From positions 127,906,001 through 127,970,000 of the forward strand of contig NC_043000.1 of the NCBI RefSeq assembly GCF_006345805.1: 64,000 bases of DNA. Reading direction: 5' to 3'. Below are positions 1 through 10,400 of this stretch, in pieces (positions within the stretch are counted from its first letter, which is position 1; each line of letters begins with the position of its first letter). Below the pieces are notes generated by a model. That model was not told the origin of the DNA and did no database searches. It saw only the letters and a list, made by a program, of their open reading frames with translations. This DNA comes from Octopus sinensis (Eukaryota). Made by a program: the position numbers and the translations under genes.

Positions 1-2276
1 GGATCTCTCATATGAACTCATGGGGCATAAAAACAGACATATCTATAATGCTGGCATATGAGAATCATCTGTTATGGGTACCAGAACTGCCAGCTCACAT
101 GATTTCAACGTACCTTGTCTCCTCAGTGGTAGACATCTGGTAAGTGTAGCATTTTTTCTGGCGCTTTACCATCCCGAGTCCAAATACTGCCAAGGTCAAC
201 TCAGCCTTTCATCCTTATGAAAGTACTAGTCAAGTATTAGGTTGATGTAATTGATTAACCTTTCTCAGTAAAAGTACTGGCCTTGTGCCAAAATTTAAAC
301 CATTGTTTTTTTTCTTTTTATTAATTTAATATATTTTAAAGTGAAGAGAGGATACATATTAATGAAGAACCCTTCTCTATCCTAATATTATTCTGCATTG
401 AACATTAAAAAAGAAAAATAAAGAATTAGAAAATGAAAAACCAAAATGGAAAACCAATAATTCAATGTAGCTTTAATAGAAATATACTAAATCAAACCTG
501 ACCCAGTTGTTGTTTAACCCCAAGTCAGCCCTGATCAAGTAGACTGATCAAAAATGTTCTAGTTGTGGCTAACCTGTCTTTTCATTCAAATACAGAGCAT
601 CTAGGACTGCAACATCCATTCAATGTGCCCTTCCAGTTATAAAATAGCTGAATGCAATTTGAGGCAAACTTGCTGCTATTTCAAGCAAGTCAAGTAATGC
701 TGTAGAGGCTCCTTCAATGACTTGAACATGCCCCAGTAGATGGGTCAAGATATTAAATTGGTCAATGAATAGACTGGATAACTCGAATGGAAAATTAATG
801 ACTTCAGCTTAATCAATAACCACTACAGATATATTAAATGAATCTGATTAAGAAATACATGAATTCATTTGTGCTGTTTTTAATGAATTTTCATAGTCAG
901 AAACTATAATTGGCTAGTTATATTAATTATAACTAATTAATTATAGCTAATTAATAGAACACTATAAAACCTAATTTTGAGTTCATTACTGCTGCATGAG
1001 AGGGTGGTGGAATGGTTGAAACACAAGAATAGACATCCTTGCAGCGTTATAGTAGAATATACATCATTTACATCCTGAGTTCAACTTTGCCTGTTGTTGC
1101 TCTATGGTCATTAATAATAAATTAAGACCCAACAATGAATATACGTGGGTTGATTAAGCCGACTGTATCTTCATCTATCCTACAGAGTTTAAACTTTGCA
1201 CCAATGTAAGAAATCCGCATTCATTCAAGATACAATAGCTGGATCAAAGTGTGAACAAGACTGAGAAATGGTACCAAGCTTTATGGGTTATCTTCTTTTA
1301 CTTGTTTCAGTCGATGGACTGTGGCCATGATGGAGTCCCATCTTGAAAGGTTTAGTCAAACAAACCAATCCCAGTAAGTCTGGTGTTTATTCTATTAGTC
1401 TCTTTTGCTGAGGTGCTAAGTTACAAGGACATAATCAAGCCAACACTGGTTGTCAAACATTAGTGGGTACAAATACATCCCAGCCAAGCTGCAGCAATTT
1501 TTGTCTGGTTCCCAAAGCATCAAGTGCCGAAAATGAAGTTTCTTATCTTCCATTTTAAAGGGTTACAGAATTAACACAGGTTATAGGAACATAAATTTTC
1601 TTCCACGAAAAGATAGCTTAAACTGGGCTCTAAATGGAGGTGTAGTCAAATCCTATTTTATGGACTCAACCATATTCTAAAATAAGTCGAAAGCTAAGCT
1701 ACTATAAATCAGCACAAACCACATATCCCTTAAATCACATTCTACTGCCTTAAAAAGTAAGTATGCATAGGATAATGTAGTTCTGACAAAATACAAACAA
1801 ACATTGAAGAGAAGCTGATGAAAGCTGGAATGCTTTTGATCAGAGATTTGCTTGATTAGGACTGACCAATGGTTAAACAGTAACAAGGTAAGAATTTCAC
1901 ACAATCTTATTCTGGTCTTTCATGAAGTTATTACTTTGTGTACAAGTATGAAACTATTATATCAATCATCAGTCACACCAAGGATTTATGTGTTTGTACA
2001 GGATTGTACATTAATAGTGTTAGGTTATTGTTGGTTTATTTTTTTTAATGGCGTGTCTTGCTGTGTCTTGGTTTCTTGAATTTCATAATGACAACATAAA
2101 AACATTACAGTTAAAGTTGAGAATTAACAAAGATTAATGATACCAACGAAACAAAAGCTACAACTGTACTGTAAGTCTGTGTGTATCTATTTTGCATTTT
2201 ATTTGAGCTAGTATAAAATCTGAAACCCAAAGAATTTATCTTTTTCCCATAAATAATAACAGGTGTTAGGTTTTAT

Positions 2277-2935
2277 CATCATCATCATCATCATCGTCGT
2301 TTAACGTCCGTTCTCCATGCTAGCATGGGTTGGACGGTTCGACCGGGGTTCTGGGAAGCCAGAAGGCTGCACCAGGCTCCAGTCTAATTTGGCAATGTTT
2401 CTACAGCTGGATGCCCTTCCTAACGCCAACCACTCCGTGAGTGTAGTGGGTGCTTTTTACGTGCCACCTGCACAGGTGCCAGGCGGGGCTGGCAACAGCC
2501 ACGGTCAGATTGGTGTATTTTATGTGCCACCGGCACGGAAGCCAGTCGAGGCGGTGCTGGCATCGGCCACGAGTCGGATAGTGCTTTTTACGTACCACCA
2601 GACCAGGGATCCTGGCTGGTTCAATTCGATTTCGCTTGCCCCAACATGTCTTCACAAGCAAAGGGGGTTGGCAAGGGTGCCTGTCGTACGGTCGCATTGG
2701 AGTATTCTACGTGCCACGGCCACGAGATTGTCGTTTAATGTCCACTTTCCATGCAGATGGAATTGGTTGAGATTTTCTACTGCCAATTGCCTTTCCTGTA
2801 GCCAATACTCACCTATTTTCAAACAAAGTAATATTTCTCCATAGCCAGGCATATTTTCATGGAATATATGAAATGAACAACACCACTTGCATGACAGTGA
2901 TGCTTGTTTACAGCCTTTACATGATATCAAGTCAA
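2277..2935 (-). mobile_element. (GAT)n-tailed RTE-related composite repeat, family B (also ~8790-9215, 11270-11860, 20740-21110, 29085-29360, 47233-47520, 53845-54250, 61390-61560)
   Basis: Recurring catcatcgtttaacgtccg...ccatgctagcatgggttggacgg and gtgctttttacgtgccacc modules. Confidence 0.8.
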
Positions 2936-2960
2936 GGTATAAATGACATGCTTCTTTCAG

Positions 2961-3197
2961 TTTCTTATTTCTTCACTGCCCACAAGGAGCTACACATTAG
3001 AGGGGACAAACAAGGGCAAACAAACAGATTAAGTTGATTATGTCAACCCCTGTGCGTAACTGATACTTATTGAATCGACCCCGAAAGGATGAAAGGCAAA
3101 GTTGACCTCGGCAGAATTTGAACTCGGAACGTAGCGGCAGACGAAATACTGCTAAGCATTTCGCCCGGTGTGCTAACATTTCTGCCAGCTTGCTGCC
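2961..3197 (-). mobile_element. tRNA-derived SINE, family A (also ~3938-4170 +, 9577-9775 +, 18435-18625 -, 26237-26440 +, 49285-49560 +, 59740-59945 +)
   Basis: Shared head ggcggcgagctggcagaaacgttagc, B-box-like gagttcaaattcc, and core ctttcatcctttcggggtcg. Confidence 0.85.
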
Positions 3198-3377
3198 TTT
3201 GCAGTTTCTGTCTAACAAATCCACTCACAAAGCTTTGGTTGGCCACAGGCTACAGTAGAAGACACTCACCCAAGGTGCTACACAATGGAACTGAACCAAA
3301 GACTACATAATTGGGAAGTAAGCTCGTCAACCACACAGCCATGACAGACTAATTAAAACCCATCAAGTAGGAATTTT

Positions 3378-3687
3378 TTTATGCGCCCTTTTCAAGCCTA
3401 GCCAGGCTCATCTGCCCAGTTTCTTGGTTTCTATGGTGTGTGTGTTCACCCCGCAGACAGACAGGATGCCAGTCCATTGCAGAGTTACTCAAGAAACTGG
3501 AAGAAAGAGTAAGAGAAAGTTGGGGCGAAAGAGTACAACAGGGGTCGCCACCACCCCCTGCCGGAGTCTCGTGGAGCTTTAGGTGTTTTCGCTCAATAAA
3601 CACACACAACGCCCAGTCTGGGAATCGAAACCGCGATCCTCCGACTGCAAGTCCGCTGCCCTAACCACTGGGCCATTGCGCCTCCAC
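3378..3687 (-). mobile_element. tRNA-derived SINE, family D
   Basis: Minus-strand head gtggaggcgcaatggcccagtggttagggcagcggac...ggtttcgattccc with A and B boxes. Confidence 0.8.
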
Positions 3688-4854
3688 AAAGTGGGAAATG
3701 GTGAAACAAATTCTATGAGTTCAATGATATCAAATTGGCCATAGAAATACTGAGTATAGTGGTCATAAAATTCTAAACATTTAAATATATGTCTCGTCGT
3801 TTAGTCCAAATCAGCCTTGTTCAAGCAGTGGTGGCCATCTGTATTTTTCATATTGCATATGCTACATTATCTAATGCACTCTTCTCTTTTATTTTTTAAT
3901 TTTTAAGCTGGTGAGTTAAGGTTTGAGAAAACTTTAAGGCGGCAAGCTGGCAGAAATGTTAGCACGCTGGGCGAAATGCTTAGCGATATTTCGTCTGTCT
4001 TTACATTCTGAGTTCAAATTCCACCGAGGTCAACTTTGCTTTTCATCCTTTCGGGATCAATAAATTAAGTACCAGTTGTGCACTGGTGTCGATGTAATTG
4101 ACTTATTACCTTTGTCTGTCCTTGTTTGTCCCCTCTATGTTTAGCCCCTTGTGGGCAATAAAGAAATAAGATTTGAGAAAACTTGGGGTTCTCTTTTGAG
4201 CAGGTTCAACAGTCATACAGCAGCTTTTTAGTTGGTTTATTTAAAATATTTTGTAAAGAAGTCTGTATCTAAATGAATTGACCAAATGTTATCAATACAT
4301 GGAACTTACTGCTCAGGTTCCATGAAAAGTTCCAGAAGGAACAATTTTGATATTGTTTGATACAACTATAACAACACTGAAGTATTTTATTACAGCCTGA
4401 ATTGGCAGATTTACATATTTACATATTTTGCTAAACAAACCCTGAGTAGGCATATGATAAAAAAACATTCCAGCCATAACTAGGACTATATTATCCAACA
4501 TATCCTTTTCTAAGAGAATGGAGTGCAATTTGGCTGTTACTTCTAGCAGATTAAACAACTGCATAGGAACTCCCTCATAGGCTCGTGATAGATGTTAAGA
4601 ATATTCCCCATTAATTCTGACTAAATATAACAATGACATTACAATAGCTGATTAGACCAAGAATTTATTGATGTTTCAAGCCATAGTCATCGTCATTAAT
4701 GATTCAAAGTATAAATCTTTCATGTTAAAGATGGAAAGGATTCAAATGAAGATTATGTGGCAACAGTGAGTAGATTTTGAGAATTAAATAGAAACTCCTG
4801 TTGTGTTGGAGCAGAGCAAATCCTTTCCAATGATGGAAACACTTTTACAAAATA

Positions 4855-4866
4855 CTATTAGCAATA
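4855..4866 (+). repeat. Left 12-bp target-site duplication ctattagcaata
   Basis: Exact direct copy at 5832-5843. Confidence 0.85.
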
Positions 4867-5087
4867 AGAAATATTGAATTTCTAAATCTCTCATAGAGAT
4901 ATGTACGGTGGTGGGGCGATAGAATGGTTGTATACTGTCAATCTAACAAGAACGTGACAGTAGGGGGTACACCACCACTGTATAGCCCTAGGAAGCATCG
5001 AATGCCTCCTGATAGCTTTGACACATTTTTTCCCTGTGTCCTTATATACATATACGAAGGGGAGACAAACACCCCCGGCCGCCAGAA

Positions 5088-5145
5088 CTGCATCTAGGGA
5101 CACCGTGTTTCAGGATCATTGTCCTTCATCAGCCTAGAGTAGCAG
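5088..5145 (-). ncRNA. Minimal type I hammerhead ribozyme, canonical core
   Basis: Minus strand reads CUGC-UAC-UCUAGG CUGAUGA AGGA-caauga-UCCU GAAACACGGU GUC^CCUAGA-U-GCAG. Helix I 6 bp + internal loop + 4 bp; helix II 4 bp; very short helix III. Predicted cleavage between 5099 and 5098. Confidence 0.85.
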
Positions 5146-5608
5146 ACACCGGTCGGCTGGTGATATTTGCCTCGACTTCGTATCTGTATATATGTAAACT
5201 CAGTGAAGTTTATTCACTGATTATCAAAATAAGAAATATTGAATTTCTAAATCTCTCGTAGAGACATGTACAGTGGTGGGGTGATAGAATGGTTGTATAC
5301 TGTCAATCTAACAAGAACGTGACAGTAGGGGATACACCACCGCTGTAGGACACAGGGAAAAAATGTGTCAAAGCTATCAGGAGGCGTTCGATGCTTCCTA
5401 GGGCTATACAGCGGTGGTGTAGCCCCTACTGTCACGTTCTTGTTAGATTGACAGTATACAACCATTCTATCACCCCACCACTGTACATGTCTCTACGAGA
5501 GATTTAGAAATTCAATATTTCTTATTTTGATAATCAGTGAATAAACTTCACTGAGTTTACATATATACAGATACGAAGTCGAGGCAAATATCACCAGCCG
5601 ACCGGTGT

Positions 5609-5666
5609 CTGCTACTCTAGGCCGATGAAGGACAATGATCCTGAAACACGGTGTCCCTAGATGCAG
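5609..5666 (+). ncRNA. Minimal type I hammerhead ribozyme, core variant CCGAUGA (U4C)
   Basis: Identical to the minus-strand copy except at core position 4. Predicted cleavage after 5655. Confidence 0.75.
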
Positions 5667-5831
5667 TTCCAGCGGCCGGGGGTGTTTGTCTCCCCTTCGT
5701 ATATGTATATAAGGACACAGGGAAAAAATGTGTCAAAGCTATCAGGAGGCGTTCGATGCTTCCTAGGGCTATACAGCGGTGGTGTACCCCATACTGTCAC
5801 GTTCTTGTTAGATTGACAGTATACAACCATT

Positions 5832-5843
5832 CTATTAGCAATA
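5832..5843 (+). repeat. Right 12-bp target-site duplication ctattagcaata
   Basis: Exact direct copy at 4855-4866. Confidence 0.85.
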
Positions 5844-6115
5844 GTATCCCAAAAATAACAACTAAGATTACAGACACTAAACCATTCTCTCTTAAAGCAT
5901 TATAATGGTGCTATAGAACTACAAAAAGACCACAAGGTAAATGCGGGAGTTTCCAGTTTGAAATTATTAACAGCTAACTTCTGGAATTAACAAGACTTCA
6001 TTACAACATATTTTATGATCAACCCTTTATCTCCAACAAATTCCCATTACCTTTAGAAATTGAAGTAATCACTCGTCATATCGTGGTTCACCTATTGTGC
6101 TCTCAGTACATTCTT

Positions 6116-6319
6116 AGTCTTTTACTCTTTTACTTGTTTCAGTCATTTGACTGTGGCCATGCTGGAGCACCACCTTTAGTTGAGCAAATCGACCCCAGGA
6201 CTTATTCTTTGTAAACCTAGTACTTATTCTATCAGCCTCTTTTGCCAAACCGCTAAGTTACAGGGATGTAAACACACCAGCATTGGTTGTCAAGCTGTGT
6301 TGGGGGAACAAACACAAAC

Positions 6320-6354
<35 letters not shown>

Positions 6355-6520
6355 TATATACAACGGGCTTCTTTCAGTTTCCGTCTACCAAATCCACTCA
6401 CAAGGCTTTGGTCGGCCTGAGGCTATAGTAGAAGACATGTGCCCAAGGTGCCATGCGGTGGGACTGAACCTGGAACCATGTGGTTAGTAAGCAATCTACT
6501 TACCACACAGCCACTCCTAT
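6116..6520 (-). mobile_element. tRNA-derived SINE, family C, with internal (TA/CA)n (also ~1290-1470, 10670-11035, 13315-13560, 24570-24900, 40575-40910, 42212-42566, 56030-56230, 63470-63660)
   Basis: Recurring ttttacttgtttcagtcatttgactgtggccatgctggagcac...gaagacacttgcccaaggtgccacgcagtgggactgaacc. Confidence 0.85.
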
Positions 6521-7435
6521 GCCTATAGCAAATTTTAATGGCTAATATATGTAAATTTATATCATGGACTTCTCAGTATATCACAGCTGATACGTATTTA
6601 TATTTTTTTTTTTAGATTTTAATTATTTCTGTGGTAAAATAAGCATTTTCACGCCTAAAAATTAAATTAATAAATAAAAATACAGTACAGTACTGTATAA
6701 TACATTAATTAAAAGATATCAAAAGAAAATACATAGTGTACCATAGATAAGTAAACAAAGAATGACACATACTGTATGGAAAATGAAACTCAAGAGGCAA
6801 GTGTGTGGTGGTGTTTTGCATTTATAATAAAATAAATATATACAAATTATAAAAATATATTAAAAATTTTTTTAATTATAAAAATAATTTAAAAATTATA
6901 CAGTACAGTACTGTTTCTACTTCGTGGATTTTCACCTATCGCAGGGGTTTTGGAACATAACACCCATGATAGTTGCAAATGTGTACATGTATGTGTGTAA
7001 CACAGAGGTTCCTTCAACAGTTCATATACACAGTCACATATGATGTTTACATGTAATGCTGTAAAGATCATTCATGTGAATCTTAAAAACACTGATCTCA
7101 ATTTACATTATGCAGCAGCTTACACTAAAGATCTGACTGTCAATATATTCTTATTCTATTGTAGTGGCCATCTGTGGTCTGAACACGTATAAAATTACCT
7201 CTTTATCTGTTTCTTTAGAGAATCACATAATAGTGAGAGAAAAAAATACAATAATAATAATAAATCTATATCATAACCATACTAGTTCAAAAACCTACTT
7301 CACTTATATTTCAAATGTATTTCATATAAAAAAAATTTAAATAGTATTAAAAAGAAGTCAGGAAAAATGAAAAAACAGTCTAAACAAAATAGTTAAAAAA
7401 TAGTACGCATGAGCCACTAACAGTTACTAGCTATT

Positions 7436-7438
<3 letters not shown>

Positions 7439-7478
<40 letters not shown>
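7439..7478. repeat. (GA)n microsatellite
   Basis: Directly visible. Confidence 0.95.
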
Positions 7479-7480
<2 letters not shown>

Positions 7481-10400
7481 CATTTTATCACGATATGAAG
7501 TAAGATTATAAAATTGAAATTAAGGAATTACAAGGAAGAAGATGCATGTAATTCACATATTAATCTTTTTTCATTTACCTAATATGAAATTCTTAAAATG
7601 TATCATTGTTAGTAATTATGTGCAGTACTATTTCATTCTTTTTAGAATCTTCAGCATGACATAACCTGTGACTTATTTAAACATTTTATGAAGTGAGACA
7701 TTTCATTAAAGCTGGAAATTAATTGCAGTCTGGAAGACATTCACAGAATGTGAGTGGAGGGGCAGTCATAGAACATTAGTAGATTAAGAATAGAAAAAAA
7801 ATAGAATTTAAAAAAAAGGGGGGGGGTCTCAACCTAATATAGAATTAGAAGAAAGACAAAATTGTCTACATGTCTGGGATACATTGTAAGAACAGGAAAT
7901 GATTAACAAAACAACATCTCAATAGCTGAATCACCAAAAGCATTGGTAGGTTTTACAGTGCAAACTTCAATTGCAATTAGAGAAAACCACCAGCATTTGG
8001 ACAAATCCATATCAAATAGCAAACCAACCAATCATCAAACAACTGGTGATGTTGACTATCTGAATAGAACTTGTAGTTAATGCTTTGGCCAGATCTTTTT
8101 CATTCTGTCTTTCAACTCAGCTTGAACAAGTTGAAATGTGATCAGGTCAGCAAACGCTTTTGATATTTATTTGTAGAAATAACAATATTTCAGATACACC
8201 TCATTAACTACAGTATTATACAGTACTACCAACTGTGCAAAGAGCATGTTTTTTTTTTTCTTCTCATATTAACAACCATAAAAATAACAATCTATCTCTA
8301 GGCCACCAACTTAGCTTTAGTAATATTCAGAGCAAAAAAAAGGCAAAGAGGTTGGTTTACTCAAACAAGAATAAACACACTTTATATAACAAAAACCAAA
8401 ATAGAATAAAAATGTTCCAATCTATACATCATCATTTTGACTTCTACTTTTCCATGCTTGTATGGGTCAGATAGAACTGCAGTAGATTTTCTACAGCCAT
8501 GTCCACTTCCTGTTGTCAACCATCACCTGTTTCTAAGTAAAATATTATTACCCCAAGGTCAGAAATGTTTTCATGGAAAATTGGAAAAGAATGACACTGA
8601 TTGTACAACAGTAACATTCATTTACAACAATCATGTGATGACAAGAAAGGAGATACTGACTTGTACATATACACAACAGGTTTCTTTCAGGTTCCATCAA
8701 CAAGGCTTTACTTGACCTGGGATTGTGTCATACAGTAGGACTGAACCAGGAAGCAAGTGGTTGGGAAATAAACTACACAACTACATCAACACATCATCAT
8801 CATCGTTTAACGTCCATTTTCCATGCTAGCATGGGTTGGACGATTTTGATTGAGGGCTGGTGAACCAGGAGGCTGCACCAGGCTCTAATCTTGATCTGGC
8901 AGAGTTTTTACAGCTGAATGCCCTTCCTAATGCCAACAACTCCGAGAGTGTAGTGGATGCTTTTTACGTGCCACCGGCATGGGGGCCAGTCAGGCAGTAC
9001 TGGCAATGACCTCGCTCGAATCTTTTTACACATGCCACCGACACAGGTGCCAGTAAGGTGACGTTGGTAATGATCACGCTCAAGTGGTGCCCTTTTACGT
9101 GCCACTGGCATGGAAGCCAGTCGGCTGCTCTGGCAACGATCACGCTCGGATGGTGCTCTTGGCACCCTACTAGCATGGGCACAAGTGCCAGTAAGGCGAC
9201 ACTAATAACGATCACTACATATTGTAAATTATTTCTCTTCTAAGTTAGTGTCTTATACATAGGAGACATCTTAACAGCTGTATTATGTATAATATTTAAT
9301 CTTACTCTGGCCTTGTTCAAATGGTTGTTAATGTATAAGAGACATATGCTGGTGAATGCATTGGATAGTGTAAAGGAGATTCTAAATTGTAATTGTCTGA
9401 TCAATATTGCAACCTGGTACAACTAGCTATTGTATGGCAGACAAGGTGTTACTACATATTGTTCACATCCAACTATAAGCCAACAAAGACTTTATGTCAG
9501 TAGTTCACACTGAAGAGAAGATGAGGTCTGCCTCGAGGGCGGTGGGGTGTGAGCATTTATTTCATAAAATTTAAATGGTTGGTGAGCTGGCAGAATCATT
9601 AACACGCCGGGCAAAATGCTTAGCAGTATTTCATCTGCCATTACGTTCTGAGTTCAAATTCCGCTGAGGTCGACTTTGCCTTTCATCCTTTCGGGGTCTA
9701 TTAAATAAGTACCAATTACACACTGTTTGTCTGTCTCTCTGTGTTTAGCCCCTTATGGGTAGTAAAGAAATAGGTTATAAACTTTTTAAATTTGTCTGAC
9801 ACAAGTTGGACAAGGGAGAAGAAGAACTATATGGACAGAAACTATTCTGTATTCTCATTATTAATAAGGAGGACCAAAAACCTTTAATGTATTCAGTAGA
9901 AGTTAAGTATTTGCCAATCTGAGAACCACAACCCAATGTAGTTGCTGAATCTGCAAGAAATAGCTGCCAAACCTAATCTCAAATCACTCCCTACCATCAT
10001 AAATAAGAGAAGGGCATATTAAATAATGTAGTCTTACAGAATTCAAAAAATCGGGATGGCCACAAGTAGAATGTCTGGGGTTATAGGTTTTCCCAATCAG
10101 AATCAGATGGGTTTGTGGTTATTGTTGTATAGCCATAGGACAATCTGATATGTTAAGCTCACACTAATCAAGTGCCAGAGAGAAATTGCTGGGAAAATGC
10201 ATTACGGGTATTGCTTTGTTTTCCCAAAACCAACATTCACATCTTCAAAGATACAACATTGACTTGTGCCATAAAGGGCAACAATGACTGCTATGAAAAG
10301 TAAAAGATCTAAGGAAGTAAAATATAGTGTTTAAGACATGACATTATCTGGTTGTTATTAGTGGATAAAATGTAATCCTGGCAAAACAGGATAGAAAATT

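Larger units (their letters stand above)
4867..5831. mobile_element. Hammerhead-bearing non-autonomous retroelement (retrozyme-like or Penelope pLTR-like), inverted dimer of a 365-bp monomer
   Basis: 365-bp period (4921/5286, 4865/5230); arm 4867-5347 inverted relative to arm 5348-5831; flanked by ctattagcaata at 4855-4866 and 5832-5843; one hammerhead per arm; no convincing ORF. Confidence 0.8.

Noticed and set aside
1810-1860. CUGAUGA followed by hairpin AAGC-uggaau-GCUU (hammerhead-like)
   Set aside because: No GAAA after the hairpin, and no NUH plus helix I complement.
3600-3687. tRNA gene
   Set aside because: A/B boxes are present, but it continues into a SINE body with no acceptor-stem closure; it is a SINE head.
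4891-5905. Duplicated ORFs MSLDAV...CTPYCHVLVRLTVYNHS
   Set aside because: Short, GTG/TTG-started, no recognisable domain; they are a by-product of the inverted retrozyme repeat.
7190-7225. Possible 14-nt microexon AAACAGATAAAGAG (ETDKE-like)
   Set aside because: Weak acceptor, and the intervening SCFD1 exons are absent, so the similarity is probably coincidental.
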